A DNA stretch of 61,977 bases, counting the filler, from Babesia bigemina (taxonomy: Eukaryota), in assembly GCF_000981445.1 (NCBI RefSeq). It is 7 parts of 7 records of this genome, joined end to end, with 100 filler letters (N's around TTAATTAATTAA, not from the genome) between each part and the next. Parts side by side here need not be neighbours in the genome. Positions count along the whole stretch, not along the records: positions 21,381 to 23,437 come from NW_012237236.1; positions 23,538 to 26,467 come from NW_012237238.1; positions 26,568 to 38,601 come from NW_012237239.1; 4 more parts are not named here. One strand, written 5' to 3'. Both the position numbers and the translations under genes were made by a program. Under the pieces are notes generated by a model that made no database searches, was not told where the DNA came from, and was given only the letters and a program-made list of their open reading frames with translations. Within the stretch, counting starts at the first letter, position 1. Each line of letters starts with the position of its first letter. This document shows positions 21,281-31,300 of the stretch, piece by piece.

Positions 21281-21380
21281 NNNNNNNNNNNNNNNNNNNN
21301 NNNNNNNNNNNNNNNNNNNNNNNNTTAATTAATTAANNNNNNNNNNNNNNNNNNNNNNNNNNNNNNNNNNNNNNNNNNNN
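21281..21380. other. Assembly gap with linker
   Basis: N run with TTAATTAATTAA. Confidence 0.98.
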
Positions 21381-23437
21381 GCGCCGCCGCCGGCACGCCT
21401 GGGGAGGGTCTGTGGCGCCGGGTGGAGTCGCTGGGCGAGACATCGCCAGACCGCGGCAGGCGCTGCGCAGCACACGATGTGACCTGGTGTCACCGTATAG
21501 CTGCTCTGTATCTCCCATCCACCGACACGCATCCGGGCACTCCGGGAGCGCCGCCGCCGCCACGCCTGCGGAGCCGCCACGGCCAACTGCGGCTGCGGCT
21601 GTACGGCACGCCAGACCCCGCCAGTGTCGCGTCGGTGCCACATTGGTGTGGTTACGTGCCTGTGTTGCCTCCCTATCATAGCCCACATCCGCCCGTTGTG
21701 CCGGGCTCCGGTGCGTGAGGCCTGCGGGCGGGGTGCTCGGACTGGGGGCTTGGCAGTCGAGGCACCGGAGGGATGGCAGCTAGGGCACGGCAGTGAAGCA
21801 CTGCTGGCGGATGACAGCTTAGACGTAGTGCGGCGCAGTGCTGCGTGTGGTAGGTCTCGTCTGTCTGCCTCGCTCCACGCCCGCCGGCGCCGCGCAGCCG
21901 CCGTGTCAGCGGATACGGGGTCTAGCAGATACCACAACTCAATGCACTGCCGGCACTTAATAGCTATAGGACGTAGTATGGTACGCACTTCGACGTGGCT
22001 GTGATGGCCTGGCTCCCAACACCCGTCACCCTGCCGCCACCGCCGGCACGCCTACACCGCTGCGGACGGGCTCTGAGGCAGGCGGGTCGCGGGCACTGGC
22101 GGTGGCACCAGGCGTCATAAGACGACGATACTGTGATCGGAGCTGCCTGGCACCACACTTGCTGAAATAACACTTGCTGGCACTCGACCAACTGCTACCT
22201 GTAGATCCACCGCCGCCGGCACGCCTGGGGAGGGTCTGTGGCGCCGGGTGGAGTCGCTGGGCGAGACATCGCCAGACCGCGGCAGGCGCTGCGCAGCACA
22301 CGATGTGACCTGGTGTCACCGTATAGCTGCTCTGTATCTCCCATCCACCGACACGCATCCGGGCACTCCGGGAGCGCCGCCGCCGCCACGCCTGCGGAGC
22401 CGCCACGGCCAACTGCGGCTGCGGCTGTACGGCACGCCAGACCCCGCCAGTGTCGCGTCGGTGCCACATTGGTGTGGTTACGTGCCTGTGTTGCCTCCCT
22501 ATCATAGCCCACATCCGCCCGTTGTGCCGGGCTCCGGTGCGTGAGGCCTGCGGGCGGGGTGCTCGGACTGGGGGCTTGGCAGTCGAGGCACCGGAGGGAT
22601 GGCAGCTAGGGCACGGCAGTGAAGCAGTGCTGGCGGATGACAGCTTAGACCAGGTTTGGCGCAGTGCTGCGTGTTGTAGGCCGTGTCTGTCTGCCTCGCT
22701 CCACGACCCCCGGCGCCGCGCAGCCGCCGTGTCAGCAGCACCGGGGTCTAGCAGATACCGCAACTCATTGCGCTGCCGGCACTTAATAGCTATAAGACGT
22801 AGTATGGTACGTACGTTGACGTGGCTCTGATGGCCTGGCTCCCACCACCCGTCACCCTGCCGCCACCGCCGCCACGCCTACACCGCTGCGGACGGCCTCT
22901 GAGGCAGGCGGGTCGCGGGCACTGGCGGTGGCACCAGGCGTCATAAGACGACGATACTGTCATCGGAGCTGCCTGGCACCACACTTGCTATAATAACACT
23001 TGCTGGCACTCGACCAGCTGCTACCTGTGGATCCACCGCCGCCGGCACGCCTGGTGAGGGTCTGTGGCGCCGGGTGGAGTCACTGGGTGTGACATCGCCA
23101 GACCCCGCCAGTGTCGCGCTGGTGCCACATTGGTGTGGTTACGTGCCTGTCTTGCCTTCTACCCCAGCCCACATCCGCCCGTTGTGCCGGGCTCCGGTGC
23201 GTGACGCCTGCGGGCGGGGTGCCCGGACTGGGGGCTTGGCAGTCGAGGCACCGGAGGGATGGCAGCTAGGGCACGGCAGTGAAGCAGTGCTGGCAGATGA
23301 CAGATTGGACCAGGTTTGGCGCAGTGCTGCGTGTTGTATCCCTTGTCTGTCTGCCTCGCTCCACGCCCGCCGGCGCCGCGCAGCCGCCGTGTCAGCAGCA
23401 CCGGGGTCTAGCAGATACCGCAACTCATTGCGCTGCC
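21381..23437. repeat. GC-rich 826-bp tandem repeat (~2.7 copies, third copy with a 165-bp deletion)
   Basis: Identical ORF translations start at 21412/22238 and at 21422/22248, and the third copy aligns from 23074 (offset 826); contig bounded by gaps on both sides. Confidence 0.93.
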
Positions 23438-23537
23438 NNNNNNNNNNNNNNNNNNNNNNNNNNNNNNNNNNNNNNNNNNNNTTAATTAATTAANNNNNNN
23501 NNNNNNNNNNNNNNNNNNNNNNNNNNNNNNNNNNNNN
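23438..23537. other. Assembly gap with linker
   Basis: N run with TTAATTAATTAA. Confidence 0.98.
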
Positions 23538-25029
23538 CGTTGCTCCCAATACTGCGTTTATAATTTTTTGACATGCGTTTCAATTCCCTTCTCGACTTGA
23601 CCTTTCAACAACTCCAATCTTTGACAATGTGTTTTTTTAGTCCATTTACCTGCTCCTTAATATTTCTGACTAAGGACCCAAGACCTGTATGCGCTTTATT
23701 GTAAGCGTTCAATAACGCTTTGCCTTTTCTTTCTAATTCCATAGCTTCCTGCCTTATCTTTGTTCCATTCATACGATTAGTTACATACGTGTCATCCAAT
23801 TTTTTAAATAATTCTCTACATTTTGCATCCGCCTTGCCAACTACATCCGTGGCCTCCGTATTCCAATGCTCCAACTCTCCAACATACTGCTGCAGCTTAT
23901 TATTAGCGGCGCCAACTGCTTCTCCTGCCTTCCGTATTTCCTCGAGGTTGTAACCAAGTTCATGTTTTAGTGCATCATGTTGTCCATGATCCAACGCTTC
24001 GTGCACCTCTTTCGCCTTCTTAACAGCTTCACTGATAACACTCTGCGCCGCTGTCTTCCAACCTTCCAGCTGTTTTGCTTTCTCCGTTCCCTTTGTCACC
24101 CAATCCGCAATATTATCTTTCACGTTTTTGCCAGCCCTGTGAAGGTCCTCAACATCCCGACCAAGTGACTCGGCCGCCGTTTTTATATTCATGGTATACG
24201 TACTTGCAGTCCCATCCATGTGTTTTAATATCTTATTAATCCTTTCCAACGCCGCAGTAGCGAACTCCTCGGCCTCCTTTATCCACGCTCCCAGCTCACT
24301 GATATACTTCTCTAAATTGCTACTAATCTCCCTCAGCTTCTTCAAAATTTTCTGCACCCTCACCATTAAACTTTTAACAAGCTTATCTATATCGTCACCC
24401 ACCTGCTTGTTGATGCAGCTCTTGAGATTGCGAAAACTTGTCTTAATCTTCTCCGTCGTCTCCTTCAACTCAGCGTCTTTCCGCTTATGCACGCTGGCCA
24501 GCCGCTGGCTCTCATACTCAACAAGCTTACGAACATGCAACACTTTGTCACGCAACTTATCATTAAGGTCATAAATGTTTTTTTTCATCTTAGTGTTGTT
24601 ATTTGCCTTGGGGTCCAGAAATTCCGCGCACCTCTTGCTCCTCTCTGTGGCCTCCTTCAGCCGGTCCCCGCAGGACCTTACGGCGTCGGCCAGCTGTGGA
24701 TCCAGACGATGACTCTCAGCCTGAATATTATTAATGCTAGTAATCAACTCACCTCCATTTTTCTTGGTGTAGTCGAGCAGTAATTGAAGGGGCTCAATCA
24801 CTGCTTCATTAGAAGACTTTACATTACCATTATACCCCCGCACCCCTGCGACCACCCTTCCAATCGCATCATTAAAACCTTTTTTACCAAGGTGTTTATT
24901 GGTATTAAGACTCTCAATTGCATTATCTAAAGTATTTTTATGCTGCCCTAAATGGCTTTGGATGTTACTGAGAACACCACTCAAAAATCCCATCACCCCG
25001 TCACACAGCCTGTCCAAGTCGGAGTACAC
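23538..25029 (-). CDS. ves1: ves-like gene G5, 5' part only (cut by a gap; leader ATG at 25272 has two in-frame TAA)
   Basis: YSDLDRLCDGVMGFLSGVLSNIQSHLGQH...; ORF 23605-25029; coding-like sequence continues in a shifted frame towards the gap. Confidence 0.8.
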
Positions 25030-25299
25030 TATCCCACTGCCGTCGTAGCCTTTGGAGTCTTTGTTGAAGCCGAGGAAAGTTTCGAGGCCGGTGCAGAGGT
25101 TAGTAAGGATGTTAGTAGGGTTATTATTAAAGGTGTTTTATAGGTTCAAAATTTAGTCAAATTTCTTGTCAAGCTCCCTAGGCGGCACATGGTCAGGGCA
25201 GTGGAAAGAGGTGGAAGAGGGGAAGGGAAGGGTGACGAGGCACAGGTTATTATTGTGGTTTAAGGAGGTCATAGCGGTAACATGGCGAGGTTATTCAAG

Positions 25300-26467
25300 G
25301 GATGTAGAGTGGGTTAGGGAGCGATGTAGAGTGGGTTAGGGAGCGATGTAGAGTGGGTAAAGGAGCGATGTAGAGTGCGTAAGGGAGCGATGTAGAGTGG
25401 GTTAAGGAGCGATGTAGAGTGGATAAAGGGGCGATGTGGAGTGGGTTAGGGAGCGATGTAGAGTGGGTTAAGGGGCCATGTGGAGTAGGTTAGGGAGCGA
25501 TGTAGAGTGGATAGAGGAGCGATGTAGAGTGGGTAAAGGGGCGATGTAGAGTGGGTTAAGGGGCCATGTGGAGTAGGTTAGGGAGCGATGTAGAGTGGAT
25601 AGAGGAGCGATGTAGAGTGGGTAAAGGGGCGATGTAGAGTGGGTAAAGGAGCGATGTAGAGCGGATAGAGGAGCGATGTAGGGTGGATAAAGGAGCGATG
25701 TAGAGTGGATTAAGGAGCGATGTAGAGTGGGTAAAGGGGCGATGTAGAGTGGGTTAAGGGGCGATGTAGAGTGGGTTAGGGAGCGATGTAGAGTGGATAA
25801 AGGAGCGATGTAGAGTGAATAAAGGGGCGATGTAGAGTGAATAAAGGGGCGATGTAGAGTGGATTAAGGGGCGATGTAGAGTTGATAAAGGAGCGATGTA
25901 GAGTGGGTAAAGGGCGATGTAGAGTGGATAAAGGGGCGATGTGGAGTGGGTAAGGGAGCGATGTAGAGTGGGTTAGGGAGCGATGTAGAGTGGGTTAAGG
26001 GGCGATGTAGAGTGGGTTAAGGGGCGATGTGGAGTGGGTAAAGGGGCGGTGTAGAGTGGGTTAAGGGGCGATGTGGAGTGGGTAAAGGGGCGGTGTAGAG
26101 TGGGTTAAGGGGCGATGTAGAGTGGGTTAGGGAGCGATGTAGAGTGGGTTAAGGGGCGATGTAGAGTGGGTTAGGGAGCGATGTAGAGTGGGTTAAGGGG
26201 CGATGTAGAGTAGATTAGGGGCGATGTAGAGTGGGTTAAGGGGCGATGTAGAGTGGGTTAGGGAGCGATGGAGAGTGGGTAAAGGGACGATGTGGAGTGG
26301 ATAAGGGGCGATGTAGAGTGGGTTAAGGGGCGATGTAGAGTGGATAAAGGAGCGATGTAGAGTGGGTTAGGGAGCGATGTAGAGTGGATGAAGGAGCGAT
26401 GTAGAGTGGTTTAAGGGGCGATGTGGAGTGGGTTAGGGAGCGATGTAGAGTGGATTGAGGGGCGATG
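25300..26467. repeat. 22-bp satellite (G-rich on +)
   Basis: Same unit, upstream of G5. Confidence 0.97.
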
Positions 26468-26567
26468 NNNNNNNNNNNNNNNNNNNNNNNNNNNNNNNNN
26501 NNNNNNNNNNNTTAATTAATTAANNNNNNNNNNNNNNNNNNNNNNNNNNNNNNNNNNNNNNNNNNNN
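26468..26567. other. Assembly gap with linker
   Basis: N run with TTAATTAATTAA. Confidence 0.98.
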
Positions 26568-28233
26568 CCCCTTAACCCACTCCACATCGCTCCCTAACCC
26601 ACTCCACATCGCCCTTTATCCACTCTACATCGCTCCCTAACCCACTCTACATCGCTCCCTAATCCACTCTACATCGCCCCTTAACCCACTCTACATCGCC
26701 CCTTTACCCACTCTACATCGCCCCTTAACCCACTCTACATCGCCCCTTAACCCACTCTACATCGCCCCTCTATCCACTCTACATCGCTCCCTTACCCACT
26801 CTACATCGCCCCTTAACCCACTCTACATCGCCCCTTTACCCACTCTACATCGCCCCTTAACCCACTCTACATCGCCCCTTTACCCACTCTACATCGCCCC
26901 TTAACCCACTCTACATCGCCCCTTAACCCACTCTACATCGCCCCTTAACCCACTCTACATCGCCCCTTAACCCACTCTACATCGCTCCCTAACCCACTCT
27001 ACATCGCTCCTTTATCCACTCCACATCGCCCCTTAACCCACTCTACATCGCCCCTTTACCCACTCTACATCGCCCCTTAACCCACTCTACATCGCCCCTT
27101 AACCCACTCTACATCGCCCCTTTACCCACTCTACATCGCCCCCTAACCCACTCTACATCGCTCCCTAACCCACTCTACATCGCTCCTTTACCCACTCTAC
27201 ATCGCCCCTTAACCCACTCTACATCGCCCCTTAACCCACTCTACATCGCCCCTTTACCCACTCTACATCGCCCCTTAACCCACTCTACATCGCCCCTTAA
27301 CCCACTCTACATCGCCCCTTTACCCACTCTACATCGCTCCCTAACCCACTCTACATCGCCCCTTAACCCACTCTACATCGCCCCTTTACCCACTCTACAT
27401 CGCCCCTTAACCCACTCTACATCGCCCCTTAACCCACTCTACATCGCCCCTTAACCCACTCTACATCGCCCCTTTATCCACTCTACATCGCTCCTTTAAC
27501 CACTCTACATCGCCCCTTAACCCACTCTACATCGCTCCTTAATCCACTCTACATCGCTCCTTTACCCACTCTACATCGCTCCCTAACCCACTCTACATCG
27601 CTCCTTAACCCACTCTTCATCGCCCCTTTATCCACTCTACATCGCCCCTTAACCCACTCTACATCGCCCCTTAACCCACTCTACATCGCCCCTTTACCCA
27701 CTCTACATCGCCCCTTATCCACTCTACATCGCTCCCTAATCCACTCTACATCGCCCCTTAACCCACTCTACATCGCCCCTTTACCCACTCTACATCGCCC
27801 CTTAACCCACTCTACATCGCCCCTTAACCCACTCTACATCGCTCCTTTACCCACTCTACATCGCTCCCTAACCCACTCCTCATAGCTCCTTAACCGACTC
27901 CACATCGCCCCTTAACCCACTCTACATCGCCCCTTAACCCACTCTACATCGCCCCTTAACCCACTCTACATCGCTCCCTTATCCACTCTACATCGCCCCT
28001 TAACCCACTCTACATCGCTCCTTTACCCACTCTACATCGCCCCTTATCCACTCTACATCGCTCCCTAACCCACTCCACATCGCCCCTTAACCCACTCTAC
28101 ATCGCCCCTTTACCCACTCTACATCGCTCCCTTACCCACTCTACATCGCTCCCTTACCCACTCTACATCGCCCCTTAACCCACTCCACATCGCCCCTTTA
28201 TCCACTCCACATCGCCGCTTTACCCACTCTACA
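26568..28233. repeat. 22-bp satellite (C-rich on +: CCCTTAACCCACTCTACATCGC)
   Basis: Reverse complement of the same unit, upstream of + strand G6. Confidence 0.97.
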
Positions 28234-28320
28234 TCCCTCGAATTACTTCGCCTTAATACCGCTATGACCTTCTTAAACCACAATAATAACTTGTGCTTTG
28301 TCACCCTTCACTTCCCTTCT
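28234..28320 (+). promoter_or_regulatory. Conserved cassette leader (CTCGAATTACCTCGCCATAATACCGCT-ATGACCT...AATAACTTGTGCCTTGTCACCCTT-like)
   Basis: Near-identical ~70-85 nt block between the satellite and the ORF at all nine visible ves starts (ATG at 4408, 13046, 19655, 25272, 28264, 34721, 44478, 52033, 55422); function unknown. Confidence 0.7.
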
Positions 28321-31300
28321 GACTGAGTCCATCGACTGGTTGATCCAGGTTAGGTATGGGAATGGTGACGGTGGTGATGGTCTTACCAAGTTGTCTCAAG
28401 CTTTGAAAAAGTTGATTGAGGAGGCTATTGAGAAGGCTAAAAAGTCCCTTACAGACGAAAAATCTAAACTTGAATGCCCTGTTAAGTATAAGGGAAATGA
28501 GTCCACTTGCCAGTATTTTCAGAAGAAAGTTGATGAACTTAAGAAAAATTTTAACAAATCACAAAATAACTCAAATAATGATGAAAAGTACTATCAGAAA
28601 TTCATTGATGACTGCAAAAATTCTCACACCCGTCGTTATGACGATGCTACTAAAAAAGCTTTGGAGGACATCAAAGAGCGTGAGAAACAACTTGAAAAAC
28701 TTAAAAGTAAGCTTAGCATTTTTACTGAAAAAAATAAGTCTGATGATTGTAAAAAGCTCTTAGATAATTTATGTGACGGCCTCGAGACTTTCCTCGGCTT
28801 CAACTCTGCTTCCAAAGGCTACGACGGCAGTGGCATTGTGTACTCTGACCTTGACAGGCTGTGTGATGCAGTGATGGGATTTTTGAGTGGAGTGCTTGGT
28901 GCGGTGAAGGATGATCCAAGCGTTACAACTTACTATAAGAACATGGATAAAACACTTAAAGACATTAAACAAAATATGCACAAATCTGGCGGATTGTCTG
29001 CGGCCGTTGAGGCTGTGAGCACGGCGCTGGGGGAGTGGGATAGGGAGGTGACTGAAAAAACTAGCGCACTTAAGGAACAACTACGAATACTTAATGTTGA
29101 TAGATTTAATGATTTTAACAATGCACTTAGCGTACTTAATAATTGCAATGCTGCTCAAGTGGCTGATCAGTTGCAGGTCTGCATCACTGAGGCAACTGCG
29201 ATGCTAACTGACTTTAATTTCACCGAAACGTATTATTATAATCTCGACAAAGCACTGAGAGATAAGTTGAAAGATCCTGTAAATAACATCAAAGTACAGG
29301 TGAAATCGTTCGTGGAGGCGGCAACAAACAAGGAATTGCGTAATGTGTTAATTTTCAGTGAGCAGGAGTTAGAGAGACTGGGCACCAAAATGAAGGACAA
29401 TGCTGAGGTTTGCATTAGGGTTATGGAAAGCAAGATCAACAGCAATTTCGAAGCACAGATAAAGACGCCAATAAGAGATGTGAATGATAAGCTAAAAAAG
29501 GTTTATGAAGATTTGGCGAAATGGAAAATGAAGGCACGAAGAGTTTTGGACAAAGCTATTGAAAAATGTAATATAATTGCTATAATGGTTGATCCGCAAA
29601 ATTCAGATATTCACAATAAAGCCAACGCTATGAAAAGTACAGCCGAGAAACTCCGGGATGCAGCAAAGGAATCTACAGACGCAGTTACGAAGCAGGTTGC
29701 TGCAGCGCTTGAGTATGTTGTTCAGTTGGACAGTGCTGTTAAAATGGATCTGGATCGGGTGAAAGGCCAGATTCAGATGGCACTGCGAAAGTATGTTAAG
29801 GAAGAGTTGCTCAAGGATATTAAAACGCGGGTAGAGACTATCGAAGGTAAGCGAGCGAATGAGGCGTTGCGTGGGATTAAAACCACGGTAGAGAATTATG
29901 CTAAGAAATTTCACCATAATGGAGCGGATGGGTTTGAAAGTATCATAAAAAATTGGATTGATGACATTATTAAGGTGGATCCAGTCAAGGGGTGGATTAA
30001 TAAGTATGTTGAGTATAGCAATACCAGGGGTTTAAAAGAAATATATAAGAGAGACATTGACGGCGATAACACAAAAGTTTGTGAGGAAATCAGAGTGAAG
30101 ATAGAGGAGGCGCTTCAGACAGCAGGCATTATTAGCCAAACGAGCATAGCCGCGAAGGGTGCTCATCTTGACGGCACCATTAAAGGTTGCGTTCAAGCTG
30201 TTCAGTTCGGTTGTAATACATTCGCCAGTAAGCTCGGTGAGAAGTTAAAGGGAGGGGAGATTAGTACTCGTGGATTATCAAACAAGATTGAGATGCAATT
30301 GACAAGTATTGCCCATGCAACTACTAATCTATATAATTCTGTCGACTCCATCTTACATCAACTGGTGGGTGTAGCGAAAAAAACTGGTGAGGCAATTCAG
30401 TCCTTCGCAGTCGATGAATCAAATATGAGTGAGGACGTCGATTCTGCGCTTAGAGTAGCCAATCAGCTGGGCATCGATCTTCGCACGGCAACTGAGCCGA
30501 CAGACCCTAGCGTTCCTGTGGAAGCCATTCTCCCCTCCAACCATGGGTACGACACTTACAAGTTTGACAGCAAGATTCTCGGGATATTGGACACGGATAT
30601 CGGTGAGACCGATGGCAGTGACGGTAAAGTCAAAATTCTGGGAGAAAAATATCTGAACTACGCGTTATATATTCAACAAGACGCATCCACCCTAAGGGCC
30701 CTCAAGGGTAGGAATCTAACTGGTGTGGCGAAGGAAGGCAAGCTGCCAGATAACATTGGGATGATAGAGAGACAGGGTCTCCAGAAACTTAAGGACACTG
30801 GCATCAACAAAATTCTAAAGAAGATCGACAATCCATTCGAAACTTTTTTCCACGTTATTAAGAAGCAACTCACAGCGTTGACTGCTATGGTAAATGAAAC
30901 GAATATGAACCAATCGGATTCCACAGATAATAAAGGTATCAAGATTCTTCTTGAAGAGTTGAAAGACATGCTTACCATCGAGGATGCAAAGAAACGTTAC
31001 AATCTTACAAGTGGCCTTGCAAATATACAACACGATATTGACAAATTATTAGGCACTGTAATTGAAAAACATGATAGCACCAATAATCATAATAATCTGA
31101 AAAATATCGTCGCAAATGCCGACACCTTCTACACAACCGTTATAGAAGCGGAAAGCATTATGGCCATAAATCAGATAACAACGTCATGTACGCACGAATT
31201 CAAGCTGACTAAGGAAGCAATTCAACACAATGCAAAAACGCGGTATAACAACAAAATGAGTAAGATTCTGAAAGAGATGCGAAGGAGCCTTAATAATAAC

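Noticed and set aside
21329..23493. Many overlapping Arg/Ala/Pro-rich ORFs
   Set aside because: Expected in GC-rich repeat DNA; no recognisable domain, and the third copy is deleted.
23538..23640. Premature stop ending G5 at KDWSC*
   Set aside because: A one-base shift ~80 nt from the contig end restores ves-like DLELLKGQVEKGI; probably a contig-end sequencing error.
25272..28298. Apparent head-to-head G5/G6 pair resembling a bidirectional ves locus
   Set aside because: The strand flip occurs exactly at an assembly gap (26468-26567), as do the flips at 38602 and 53888; relative contig orientation is unsupported.
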